DNA of 63,354 nucleotides, the filler included, from Bigelowiella natans CCMP2755 (lineage: Eukaryota > Protista > Cercozoa): assembly GCA_000320545.1 (NCBI GenBank). It is 11 parts of 11 records of this genome, joined end to end, with 100 filler letters (N's around TTAATTAATTAA, not from the genome) between each part and the next. Parts side by side here need not be neighbours in the genome. Positions count along the whole stretch, not along the records: positions 30,078 to 53,592 come from ADNK01001959.1; positions 53,693 to 56,216 come from ADNK01001221.1; 9 more parts are not named here. One strand, 5' to 3'. The notes under the pieces are model-generated. The model searched no databases and was not told where the DNA came from. It worked only from the letters and a program-made list of their open reading frames with translations. Shown here piece after piece: positions 42,234-55,182 of the stretch (position 1 is the first letter of the stretch; each line of letters starts with the position of its first letter). A program made the translations under genes and the position numbers.

Positions 42234-42795
42234 TGATCACACAGCGCGAAAGAGAGGAAGATCGATCTTCGTTGATCCCTAATGACTATTCGTATCGGGA
42301 AAACATCCTACAATTTTTAACGTGCAATTCCCCGATTATGGAAGATCTGTCTTCCTTGCATTCTCATCTGCGGCACCAGGCAAGTGGCAGGGATAGCCTC
42401 GAGAATTGCTGGATAGATCTGGGATACATTAAGAAGCTGAGGAGGGAGGGGGGGAGGCCAAGGAGGATGAGGAGGAGGAGGAGGAGGGTCTGCTTGAGCA
42501 AGCAGCAGCTCGCTGTGTTTCATTCGGTTTTGGCTACTCGTGGTACGATAGTCGTGGTTCGTAAGGGAAATAATGGTGTTTAAAGTCGCGATAGCATGGA
42601 TTCCGGTAGATTTTGTCCGTACGTCTTTCGGTTTTTGATGTCGCACCTTTGAAAAGGGAAGACGACGTAGACCCAGATAGCAGATAGCCTCAGAACAGAG
42701 GTCGACCTCCATTCCTTCCCGACTTTCATCTGTGCGTCCTCAGCGCTCGATTGTGGTGTTTCAGGCAAGATCCTAGATCGTGAACAGGCCCGGCT

Positions 42796-43526
42796 ATGCA
42801 CCGTGCATTATTGAGTTGCTCACGGAGAATAGCGTCCAGGAAGCTGATTATTTCGCCAACGGTAGCGTTCGGCCGACCTGTTGCCGTTAGTTCTCTCGGG
42901 GTTGATGGGAGGCAGCAAGGATGCTTTCGAGCCTTCTGTGATCGGAGTGTAGTCGAAGCAAGCCTTGATCTTGAGAAAAGGGCAAAAGAATGGCGATCGG
43001 TGAGACTCCGAAATGCGCAGCCCCCATGATTACAAATCCATTCATGCGAGAGTGGAATGGGAGAGAAAGGGAGTTAGTGTTTGAATCGTTACATTAAATC
43101 CTCGCGCTATACGTACTCGTAATAATAGACCATGAGGAAAGTACGTAAGGAAGATCCCGGGGACATCGACGGAATCATTGAAGCAAAAGTCAAAGAGGTG
43201 ATATCCTCATCATGCATTGTAGGCTTATGTGCATTTGAGCGAGAATAAGTCTATTAAATATTCGATAAGGTGCGGGAAATGCTTCAATCAGGAACACCCC
43301 CCTCCATGGTAGAGGTATGCAAATAGACACTGTTGTGCTCACTTAAATTGACTCCGCCCCAAGTAAATGGACGTTATTAAACATCTATTTAACACTCCTT
43401 TAAATCAGGCGCAGTTAGAAGAATTTGAGGCCAGTATGAAGGCTTCCCCAAAAATGTCCATGTTCGGAGCGTCTATGTGGATATTCATGGGGTCAATATT
43501 CATCTAATACACATCGTGCATAATTA

Positions 43527-43568
<42 letters not shown>

Positions 43569-43795
43569 TATTATACAATTTATATTACTATCGTCATCAT
43601 TTCGGGGTATTACGTAGTACCGTGCATTTAAGCGGAGATCGTCACATCGGAGCGTCATATTATAACCAATACCTTTTTCTACAGCCTGATTTTTTTTGCC
43701 TCTTAAAATGTAGGGGTTTGACAGTGTACTCCGTCCTCATGCTTAAAGGGATGGTGGAGGAGAAAAAGGATCAACGTGCAAAGAGAAAAAGCTAA
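42796..43795 (+). CDS. Hypothetical small mitochondrial membrane protein, ~5 exons
   Basis: Presequence-like MHRALLSCSRRIASRKL; GT-AG exons TMRKVRKEDPGDIDGIIEAKVKE|VREMLQSG..|AQLEEFEASM..MWIFM|GLTVYSVLMLKG..*, with a C-terminal TM segment. Confidence 0.6.
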
Positions 43796-44468
43796 AAATG
43801 TTCTCTCACTGCTAGGACGATTTACACTTAAGAGGCGGTGTGCACAATTTGCATGAAATACTGTAATAGGTCATTGCTTGGTCTTTGGTCTTTTATCGAT
43901 GATTTTTAATTTAGAAATCAATGTTATCATCATCGATACAAGAGCACATAAAATATTTATATACGCTTCTAAAGAGCAGTAACGTTTAATCCTTAAATTG
44001 TGCGTCAAGTGCTATGCGGTGCATAAATGCCTGTACACGTTCTCATGAATTTAACGGTTGTGAATCTTAGCTGTTCTTCCACATGTTGTGTGCTGCCGGA
44101 CAAAGATAAACTTCTACTTAAAAAATCAGGGTGTGGATTGAATCGGTATCTGATAATTGCATGACACACATGCACATTTATCGGATGTACCGCGTCTGCT
44201 AGCACAGATGTTGCAATGTGTAATATGTAAAGCAGCATCACAAGCCTGTACGTTATAAACACGGACAACAGAGCGGTGCTTCAGCTCGTCATGTCAGCAT
44301 GCAATGTAGCAACGATGCTATGGCGCTTGTGCTATGCACATTGCTGCTACATATTACGTTTGTCAGTCTATTTGCCTAGTTCACTGCAACACTAAGATAG
44401 ATGTGCTGACACGCCGTAATCATGGCTTACATGTGCATACATTCAGCTAACAATGAAGTCTTTGATGA

Positions 44469-45287
44469 TCACCACCTAGTAACGTGCATGGTTCTGTCTA
44501 TTTTTATTGATCGTTTCTGCCGATGCGACGAGTGTGTTTTTGGGTCGGGCTGAACATTGATTGGCTGCCTTGGTGTTGTTGTCTTTCCAGCATCTCTGAT
44601 GAGTTTATTCGTCGGAGCACCAGCCGACATTTTCAAAGTGTTCTCCTGATTTTTTAATTTAGGTTTTTTCGAACCGCTGAGACAAGCAATTCTCAATCTT
44701 TTTCTAACTAACTTGTCTTGATGAGAGAACGCTGATCTGTCTATTCGAATGCGTTTTTTTTTCTCCTTTCTCAGAGAAGATTGAGCTACTGTATTCATAT
44801 TCTTCTTTCCGGAAAGTGATCCACTGTTAGATATTTCATTGGTTTCATTGGTGGATTTCTGGCCAACGGGGATAGAGATCTTTTGGGAGACGCATAATGA
44901 TGGTGATGATGATGATGATGCACCCATTGGTTTTGAAATTCGCGATCTCTTCTTGGCAACCATGTTGTTTGCGATGGAAGCTGCTGGATGGTTAAATCTC
45001 TTCAATCCAAAGCGCTCTGCACGTTTTCTCAGCTTTTCAGCGAAATCCTTCTCCTCTCTCGTCAGTGGAGGAGGAGGGGGAGGGGGAGGAGAGGGTTCTC
45101 TCTGTTTGAGCAGAGGTTTATACAGAACGGAGGATGACAGCATCAAGTTTCTTCTCGATCTTTTGGGTTTCCGAGAGCGCTGTGGCTTGCGCTTCGCGTC
45201 GATGTCTTGAAGGATATCGTGTGGAATCATCCTCACAGCTTCTTCGTTCGCGTGTGTGCTGCCGCTGCTAAGTTCGTTTCCGGTCAT
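44469..45287 (-). CDS. Basic low-complexity protein with Tho1/MOS11-C-like motif (upstream exons likely)
   Basis: 272-aa ORF; EKLRKRAERFGL resembles the KRAERFG motif of Tho1/SARNP C-termini; repeated IRIDRS/IKIDRT. Confidence 0.5.
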   Translation of the reverse strand: MTGNELSSGSTHANEEAVRMIPHDILQDIDAKRKPQRSRKPKRSRRNLMLSSSVLYKPLLKQREPSPPPPPPPPLTREEKDFAEKLRKRAERFGLKRFNHPAASIANNMVAKKRSRISKPMGASSSSSPSLCVSQKISIPVGQKSTNETNEISNSGSLSGKKNMNTVAQSSLRKEKKKRIRIDRSAFSHQDKLVRKRLRIACLSGSKKPKLKNQENTLKMSAGAPTNKLIRDAGKTTTPRQPINVQPDPKTHSSHRQKRSIKIDRTMHVTRW

Positions 45288-45400
45288 CCATTCAGTTGGC
45301 TAGTAGCTGATTTCGAAACACGAACTAGACAGCGTCAAGGGAGGTGAAGATAATGCTTGCTACCATTCCTTATCACACATACACCCTCAAACATCCGCGT

Positions 45401-45444
<44 letters not shown>

Positions 45445-45671
45445 ACACACACACGACGTGCGCTTGGTCAGTTCGGAGGGCTGCCTTGGGTGTAGGACAC
45501 GTAGATCCCTGCGATCCAAGATGTTTTCGGCTTAAATTATGAACTTTATTCGTCTATATTGTTGCTTATGTTGGCTTGGTTGATGGGAAATCGAAGTCCA
45601 ATTTTCCCCCGAAACACAGGGGTTTTTAGGAAGTTTTGTGTACTTTTTCGCGACCTGTCATTACTGCCACG

Positions 45672-47234
45672 ATGGAGGATGCCCACATCGACCGGACTCT
45701 TGGCCCATTACTCCGACCAGGTGTTACTTCTTCTTGTGAGGTTTTCCCCTCTTGTCCTCTTCCGTGTAAGTTGAGGGGTGGTTTAGAATACATGTAGGAT
45801 GATCATACCTGCTGCTGCTGCTGCTGCTTTCGTTCCATTTCCAGATAATCCTCCCATCTGCTCGCCTTCCTCGTGTTCCTCCACCACTGCTGCGAACCAC
45901 TTTTCACCACTTCCGCTAGTAACAGCGGCGTCTGCTCAGAAGAGTCGCTTTGAGATTGGCAGAATCATTGGAAGAGGCGCATTTGGAACCGTACACCTTG
46001 CAAATTGGAAAGAGAGGTGGTGCGGATAGCGTTCTGGTTCTTATGTTGTCAGGCGTTGCTAGCGGTTCATTTTTGCGTCAACATCCCGGAGATATGTGCA
46101 AGATTATGCCTGAGGTAATCTTAGGTATAACTTAAACAGGAAGATGCAAGTTGCCATCAAAGTAATCGATCTGGAGAAGAGATCAATCGAAGCGGCTTGG
46201 AGAGAAGTGAAAATCATGGGGCTCTTCCGCCATGCCAACATCGTCGCTCAAATCGTCAGTTCTGAAATATACATACAACCCAAAATATCCAGAATCTTTA
46301 ACAAAATGAACGTTTCTTTTTCGCGACATTTTAGGCTGCTTTCACCGTGGACCAAAACGTAACTCTTCTGCGTAGAAAATTGTCCTTTCTAAATGTGCTT
46401 TGCCTCTACAAAGGGCACGCGACCACTCTTGCTCCACCTTTTCGATCTTTGTAACAATGATGGGATTTACCTCAATGTTTTCCATTATTGGTGCTATCCT
46501 TATTTTCCGCAGCTATGGCTTGTACTGCCTTACTACGAAATGGGGTCTTGTAAGGACTTGCTGCAGTACGAGCCGATGAAGGCAGGGATAAAGTCCAACC
46601 ACACGGTTGCCACTATTCTCAAGGTAATAATATTAGTAATAAATAATAGGTTTGAATTATTAGCTGCCTCATTCATGCCCTACTGAAGTACCGTTTCGTA
46701 TCCATATTCATCACCTCAAAGTGGCACGTGTATGAGTGTGTGTTTGTGTGTGCGCGCGCGCGTGCGTTGTATATATGTAGTTCTGTTTAATTGTTTCTCC
46801 TGTCCTAGACGCCAAGAAGATCTCTTACTATCCCATATTGCTGTTCGTTGGTCTAAACCAGTTTGTCTTGGAGGGTCTGTCACACTTGCACCGCTACGGT
46901 GTCGCTCATAAGGTGTTGCCTCCTAGACTAGGAGCCTCATCGTTCGAAAGCCAGCAAGCAAGAGATCGTTTTGTTGAATCTCGCTGCACGCATAAAACGT
47001 TTCTCACTATCTGCAAGATAGCAGTCAAGAATTCGCGATTTGTGATTTGTGCCATTTTACGAATCTAAGCCAACTCCTTTACCCTACATTCATACATGAT
47101 CCTCCTCCTCCTCCTCGTATGTGTTTTAGGACATTAAGGCAGAGAACATTCTTATCAGCGTAGAGGGCTCGATAGCAATAGCGGATTTTGGAATCGCCTG
47201 CGAGGTGTTAGCAACTTTCTACAGCGTTATGACA

Positions 47235-47292
<58 letters not shown>

Positions 47293-48568
47293 AAATATAT
47301 ATGCACTAATAACTCTCGAAAACTAAACAATTTTCCCCAAGAGCTGGGAGATACGACGCAACGGCACCGAGCACAAAGCAACAGCAAAAGCCAGAGCCTC
47401 ATCCGCACAAGACAGTTCCTACACCTCGCTCAAATTTGAAGGTAAACTTGGGCGATGGTGAATGTAAAGAAGACATGCACTACGAAGTAAATGCCGAGGG
47501 ATGGCGACAAGCACCCCTTGCCTAATAAAATCTTTTGCTATCGGTATATCAGTATCATCATCGTCATGGTGTGAGCTGTGATGTTATTAGAAATTTTACA
47601 AGCAAATACGACTCCCTATGCTGCTGGTGCTCTGCTGCTACTACTACAATGGCTACAACAATTACTACCACTACTATCACCACTACTATTATTACTCCTA
47701 TTGCTGCTGCTAGTACCCGTGATATCGCTGCTGCTTTTACCTTTATGAATGTAGGAACACCGTATCACATGGCCCCAGAAATTATCACTGGTTCCACTCA
47801 AATGACCGACATAAAGTCGTAGTAGCAGTAGTAAGAGTAGTAGTGGGAGTAGTAGTAGGAGTGGTAGCATAAGATGTGAGCGCCAGCGCTTCATCTTACC
47901 ACAAGAACAGAAAGCTTGTTTATCTACCTATTTGTTGTCCTACTACAGACTCGATCGTCAGCATTCCTCTATCAAGTCCACGAGCATTCAGCAGGCATCA
48001 AAGCCAAGGAGCGGGTCTCATTCGTCTTGTTCGACTGTTGTGGACACGGCGGCCAATGGAGGAGGAGAAGGGGGGGGGGGGGGATTTGCTCCCTGTTCCA
48101 ATCATCATTATAGGGTTGTGGTTTGTGTGTTTATACTCGTTTTTGAAATATCTACACTATACTAACACACATTTGCACGCACGTGCTTACAACGTGACAA
48201 CCTCAGAAAGCAGATGTCTGGTCAGTTGGAATTACCGCCCTTCAAATCGGGTAAGAAGTAGATGTAAGCTAAGAGGAGGAGGAGGCGGAGAAGGAGTAAG
48301 AAGAAATAGAAATATCATTATTTTACGGTAGTGTTAGCCAACACAACCTCTTTGTATGCATACTCTCCACTCCGGGGTTTCTTCCTCACTACCTCACAAT
48401 AAAGATGAAGGTGAGGGGGGGACTCCCAAACTGATTTTGACGTTATGAGCATTCTTCTTTGAACATCCTACGATGACATCTTGTATGAATGACTGACAGG
48501 CATGGAAGAGCACCTTACGAAGGAGAAGAGCTCATTCAGGTGAGGAGTGTTTCTTTGGAGGGTGGGAA

Positions 48569-48634
<66 letters not shown>

Positions 48635-49219
48635 TCGGATAGATAAGACAGCTTTCCGTGCTACGAACAGGTCACAAAAAGAATAGTGCACGACCCCCCG
48701 CCAACTGCCGCATATTATCGGTAAGCGACATATAATGGCAGCGTATTCGTAGAAGATCCAGCAGAAGTACTTCTGATTCATTGTACGCCTTTGGTAGGAC
48801 AACTAGTAAAGCACGTTCGCTCTTCAAATTTTGCAAGCACTACCATCAATTCGTCTCGACGGCACTTAATAAGAATGCAAATGAGCGGCCTTCAGCCAAT
48901 GCCATGCTGGAATCCAGATTCATAAAGTAAGTGCACGCGTTGTTTTTCGTCGTCGGTATCTGGATGTAATCGATTTCGCATAGGATAGAACACATAATTT
49001 CCTTTTCGCTTGTTAGATCATCCTTCTGAAGCCATGCGATGCTCATGTGAAAGTGAAAGCGTTAGGCAAATCTGCTCGAATCTGATTTTGATCGAGTCGC
49101 AACGCTATGTTGTGTGCAATTAATAACGGCTTAGGAAATACGCCAGAGGTATGCGGTATCTTCAAAAAAATCTTTGCAGCGAGGAGATGCTCGAACGTGT
49201 GCGTCGTAGTGCACCATGA
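45672..49219 (+). CDS. STE20-family (OSR1/SPAK-like) Ser/Thr kinase, multi-exon
   Basis: IGRGAFGTV, VAIKVIDLE, LWLVLPYYEMGSCKDLL, HK|DIKAENIL, ADFG, GTPYHMAPE, KADVWSVGITAL, ERPSANAML. Confidence 0.9.
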
Positions 49220-49456
49220 TGAGTGTGAAGCTATGATTTAAAAAAAACACATGCTCGTCTGGATTAATGGACTGAATCTAAGTATGCCTGTGACAATTGC
49301 ATTTCGTCGCAGCGGCGCACATGTGCATAATAATACTACGCGCTTGTGATAGAGCATTTGCATTGGCGCATGTTCTAGATGGTGTAGCATAGGCGTATCT
49401 GCAACCAGCATCGCATGTATATGCGTATCATTGATGCATAATACATACATATAAAA

Positions 49457-49499
<43 letters not shown>

Positions 49500-49549
49500 G
49501 ACGAGTTTGAAGAAGGTTTATATGTGTATTCATATGTATATATGTTATG

Positions 49550-49594
<45 letters not shown>

Positions 49595-49896
49595 TATATG
49601 CATATTGACACAATACAAGATTATAACATTTATATTACGTATATTTATATAAAATTACCAAATAATACAAATAAATGTATTCCCAGGCGATGGATCACGA
49701 GAATGATGATGATGATCATGACCATTTTTAGTAAATACATGTAGCTAGATGCAAAGCGCATTTTTCACGGCGCAGTCCTATGATTGTACTTTTCTATAAT
49801 TGCTGTCATTTCTCAGAAATACCGACATTGTGTTTTTACATCAGTGCTGATTGATGGTGGTTGTCCTAGTGAACGGATTTCATGATCATGGTTTCA

Positions 49897-50822
49897 TCAC
49901 CAGTCCTTTGTGTGCATGCTCAGACAGGATCCAGATTCTAGCTCAATTTTGAGGGCAGTAATGCTGCAGTAGCCTGGATAGCTTCTTTCCTTAGAGCGAG
50001 CAGCGGCTGTTGGTACAGTGCCAGATCCCCACATCCTGATAGGGAAGAATTATTCAAAACATGAACGATTTATTGCAGCATATCATGGATAATGTAATGC
50101 TGCTTTATCACGGATAATGTAATGCTGCTTTGTGTCGCTATGGAGAGTACCGAAGTGCCTGACAGCAGTCACCGTGGCTAGTAGCTACTACAGAGATAGG
50201 TGTCCCATCCTTGTTCTCTGAACTCGCCTTTCTTGCAATAGCGACGACAGCCTTCACCACTCTTTCCGCGCATGCCTCGAAAGTCTCGTAGTTCTTCTCG
50301 TCGTAGGCTCCGATTGCTGTGAGATTCTTCGGGTCATAGAGCTCCCATTTGATCCCGGACATGTACTCTAAGCTCTTTCCTTGAAAAGGACTCTTCACCT
50401 CGTTCATCCCTTCTTCTGTTTTGATTTTCGTCGAAATACCCAGCTTCTCGCAGACTATCTTCGCGGTCTCTTGAGCTCTCTGCATCGGGCTTGAGACCAG
50501 GAGCATTGGTCGGGGCCCTTTCAGCTCTGCCTCGCTGCGTTCTTTGAGAAACTGCCCCACAATCGCTGCTTGCTCCTTTCCCTTCTTTGAGATTCCAAAT
50601 CCAGGAAGCCTTCCATAGAAAACCTGATGAAACAAGGACATTCACATTGACCGGTACTGCGCACAAGTACACCACACAAACTTCTTGCGGCATCTACGTC
50701 GGCCAAAAAGCATCCATCCTCGCAATCAGGCAGTTGAGCTATGCAACCTGCCTCGGGTTCTCAACTTCCCCATGGCGGACAACGTACACCCAGACAGCCG
50801 GGGAGTCCTTTCTGGTGGCCAT
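49897..50822 (-). CDS. Histidine phosphatase (PGM superfamily); exons 50822-50748, 50623-50151, 50035-49897
   Basis: VYVVRHGEVENPRQ|VFYGRLPGFGIS, SSPMQRAQETA, ATSHGD. Two in-phase GT-AG introns. Confidence 0.9.
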
Positions 50823-51063
50823 TGACGGGAGTGTTCAATTGCGAGGCGCCCTGTTAGGTTCGATTTTTTGTGACTGCCACAGCTCGTGCTCGAGAATGCC
50901 TCCAAACCCAACATGGCATCTGTTTGCGGTGAACTCACAAGTGCGATGAATCTTCGATGATTTTGGGTCTAAATGTGCTGAGTGGGTGGCATCTACCTGT
51001 GGCAAGGTTGCTCACTGGAAAAACGAAAAGAATGTCAAAATTAGTAGGGAGAAAATTGCGAAA

Positions 51064-51702
51064 ATGCCTCATCGTCATCAAACCAAAATTCTGCTGGGGG
51101 CCCCCTCAGATGATCCAATCGTAGATCGTCATGTGGACATGGCCTTCAGGAAGTTTTTGCTCAGAGTGGAGGTCTTGCGCCGTCAGAATTTTGCTGCCAA
51201 TGTCATTGCTTCTCAATGACCAAGTCATGCCATTTTGGCAAACCAGCTAGTTGATTTGCTAGTCACAGTCCTCACTGAAACCAGTTCGAGGCACTGCATT
51301 TTGCACGCTGCAAGTGTCTTGCAACACTTTGGAAATGTAGTTTTTCATCATTGTTTCATTGTTTCATTGTTTCATCACATGATTGGCATGGCCGACGAAG
51401 TTGAAATCTTGATCAAGCAAAAGAGAATCGAGAGACGGATCCAAGTGTTTGCCAGAGACCTGAGCGCGAAATTGCAGGCGGCGTTGGGAGCGCCTCCCAC
51501 GCTGTTCGCCGCAAGGTCCATCGGAATGAGGAAAACAAAAAGGAAAAAAATCGTCGCAGAAGAGAGTGTGTCATTTGGTTTCTTCAATGAAAACTTCAGA
51601 ACTCTCTCACAACTCCATGCTGGGGACAGGGTTCGATGCATGGGGGCATTCGACTTGGCAGCGAGGCCGCAATGGACACAACGCATGTGCCCACTCAATT
51701 GA
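51064..51702 (+). pseudogene. Possible small gene or relic with no Tyr codons inside the TpA-erased tract
   Basis: MPHRHQTKILLGAPSDDPIVDRHVDMAFRKFLLRVE|gt and ...ADEVEILIKQKRIERRIQVFARDLSAKLQAAL...QLHAGDRVRCMGAFD read as protein-like. Divergent from the histidine phosphatase. Confidence 0.35.
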
Positions 51703-54279
51703 TCTAGAAACGTTGAAATTGTTCGCGGCACCGCACATTGCAAAATGGTTTGCGAGAGCACGGCGTGGATTCGACTGCGATGCTGCACACTGTGGACACA
51801 TCGTGCCAGTGTGCTTGCACTGCACTTTCAATCGCACGCCACGCGCGCGCTAGCGCGCGCCAAAAGCTCAATGTCACTCGTCGTGTTCCGTGCATGCCAG
51901 CATGCTAGCATGCGGCATTGTGCTCGCTCATGCACATTGCTAGATTGAGTCAATTTTGCGATCGACACCACGATGCCCATGTGCACTTGGCAAGTTTTGC
52001 CATTTCTTTTGCTTGCTGTGGACATTGCTGGACTGCATGCTCATGTGCGCGTGCTGTCTTTGGACACAGCTGATGATGCATCACGTGCATGCATGGACGC
52101 TACAAGCCCAGCTAGCCAGATGCAAGTGCAGGCTAGCAGGTGCATGTCTAGATGTTGACATCGCAGCGTCCAGATCATTTTTCGGGATGCTGCCACATCG
52201 ATCGGTCGTGCGCGCAAATCGAACCCAGCATGCATGCATGCACTTTTCTGTTGGTCGTGCAGTGGTTACCAACGTGGTGCAATGTGATGAGGAACTACGT
52301 CGCTGCGTCGTCATCTTCAACTTTGATGGGATCATCATTGCACATTGCAGACATTCAAAGGACACAAATGCCATCATTGACGAACATGCCCATGCACTCT
52401 ACTACAAGACGACGAGATGTGCCGAGTTGTCTAGCAATGTACGGAGTAGTTTTATGCCGTTATCGCACGGAAGTAATACAGTACATTATTGTTGCTATCG
52501 TGCGTATTCTACTGAATTCTTTATCTCTTCCTCTCCTCTATTGCCTCCCCCTGTCCACCGCCAATTTCTTCTTTTTCTTCTTTGGCCTTCTTCCCCTCTT
52601 CTTCTACCTAATGCGACCTTCGCTACCATGCTCATCATTCCCACAACTGGGCGGAGTGGAGTGTACCTAATAATTAAAAATGCAATACCGTCAGCAACCG
52701 ACAGGCAGCATTTAACAGCAGCCAAAGCGCAAGAATCCTTCGATACACACTACTGCAGTAGTGTCGTCTTCATTCTTGTACTTGTCGACCGACATGGTGG
52801 AATTTATTTTAGTATAAATAATATGTATTTAGAGGTTAAACTTCATTTCTATCGTAACTTCTTAATGTTATTACTGCTACTCCTCCTCCTTCCCCTCCTC
52901 CTCCTCCTCCTCCTCCTCCTCCTCCTCCTACTACTACTGCTGCTATTCGTTTGCATGGTACTATTACATTGTAAGCGTGAGCCATGTCGCCAGAAGGCGT
53001 ATACTCGAAGCGAATGATTTCACTACAACTCTCAAATCTGCTTCCCCCCCTCCCTCTCCCCCTCCCCCTCCTCCTCCTCCTGGTGTTGCTTCTACGCCTC
53101 CGGTGAAGAAAGTCTTTGGGTTGGTAGCGGCAGGGAACGATGATGCTGAGACCTGCCCGTTCTGTCCAGGGTTGAAGGACCAGCATGGCAGCCATCTGTT
53201 TGTAGTTAGTGGCGTTATGTTACCGCAATGAGCAGGAGGAGGACATAATTTGATACTCAAAATGGAGTGTGAGCTGGATGCTGTCCTCTCCCCCCCCCCC
53301 CCCCCCCCCCTTTCTTTCTATGTGACTGTCCGTGTGTGTGTGACTTGGGGATAAATTGCCAGACCTTTCTCCGTACCACCTCCTCCACATTTCCATCACG
53401 TTTTCGACGTCTGAGCAACACATGCAGCACATGCAGCTAGAAGACACTGTACATTTCCAGAAATCGGTTGTCCCAGCGCACGCCACGCTTATCTAGAGCA
53501 TGCAGGTGGTGAGCAGACTGGCCCTCATAATCTCGGACCATCGGTGATTTCCTCTACGACTTGGCGCGCTTGGGCAATCTCTGGTAATTCTCNNNNNNNN
53601 NNNNNNNNNNNNNNNNNNNNNNNNNNNNNNNNNNNNTTAATTAATTAANNNNNNNNNNNNNNNNNNNNNNNNNNNNNNNNNNNNNNNNNNNNCGTGCTCA
53701 CGTAGGGTCCATATGAAATGCAGGGTCCTGTAGCCGGCCCGCATACGAGTTGCTATTGCGAGCGGAGCAGCCAAGATTGAGTGGGAGGAAGCAGAGGCAG
53801 CGAGACGGATGGCCCTAGATAAGAAGAATAATATGCGGGAGGAGGGGCCCGACATTTTTTGCGGAAAACGACGAGAATCAGGAGGAGGAGGAAGAGGTGC
53901 ATAAAGAAAGTGACTCTGATAATGCGAATGAAGCCCGGAAAAAGGCCACCACTCCAACAACGGGAACAACTACCACCCCGAGCACCCCGCGTGAATGCAA
54001 GTAAGTAATAATATTTCTCTGTCTTTCCCCCCCCCCCCCCCCCTCTCCGGGCGGCGACGACGATTTTGACCGTCGTGCCGTGCGCGACTACGGCGTCCAG
54101 CATCAGTGTGAGAATCCCCTAAATCTGCATCTAAAGCTACATCTATAAATCGTATCAATCATCATCATCATCATCATCGTTATTATCCGCCGCCAACCAC
54201 TTTTTTTTCTCTATCATCAACATCAGAGTAGCGCCACCGTCCTGCACGCACACCGACCTCCGAGCAGGAGGGCCTCTGC

Positions 54280-55129
54280 GTCTCATGCCTTGATCATCCT
54301 CTCGATCGCGCCCCTCCACGTCACCGCCCCCCCCGTTGTCCTGGGGCGGCGAAGAAGTCGTTGGCAGCATCCCTCTGCTCAAATCAAGATGCAGCCCGAT
54401 GCGGCCTGTAGGGGGGGGGGGGGGGACGACACATATGCGCTTTGAAAGAAAGAATATATCACCGTCGTTTCCAAGGCATCGTCATCGTTTTGAAAGTCGT
54501 ATGCGCGCGAGTTATTACGCTTGTTACGGTTGCTCGATATATAGACACAGCAGCTCACTTCACACACAACATATGCAATGGTATGATGTTCAAATATCGT
54601 ATCTCTTTTACCTGGATGTAGCGGCTCCTGAAATCCCGAAACAAACCAACAATCCCCCCCCCCCCCCCCCCCCCCCCGCAACACACACACATACAAATAC
54701 ACATTAAAGACACATTAAGACGCTTTGTGGTGGTGCTGTTTCGAAAAGACGAAGGATGCAAGATGCGACATGTGGAAAAAGCGCTTGATTCTGTCGGGCA
54801 CAAAAGCAGTGTTCTTCTTCATGATTGAACCCCCCCTCTCAAAAGGCGACCTCCCTATCATTTTGTCTATCTTCCTCCTCCTCCTCACCATCATTAGATC
54901 AATCATCATCATCATCTTCTACTACTACAACAACAACAACAACAACAACAACGATGATAGTTTTATGGATTTACCTCCTGTCCGCCCCACACCGGATAGT
55001 TATCGTAGCTGGGGGAGGGAGGAGGGAGAAGAGGAGAGAGGAGGATTTATAGTGTCGCTACAATACATTCATGCACATGCAAAAGCACTCCTCCAGATGA
55101 CGGAATAAAAGAGTCCCATATAAATACAT

Positions 55130-55182
<53 letters not shown>

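Noticed and set aside
51956-53017. 353-aa ORF and other overlapping C/H/M-rich ORFs at 5.3-5.9, 38.3-38.9 and 51.4-52.7 kb
   Set aside because: Openness is explained by loss of TA-containing stops and by microsatellites; no domain motifs.
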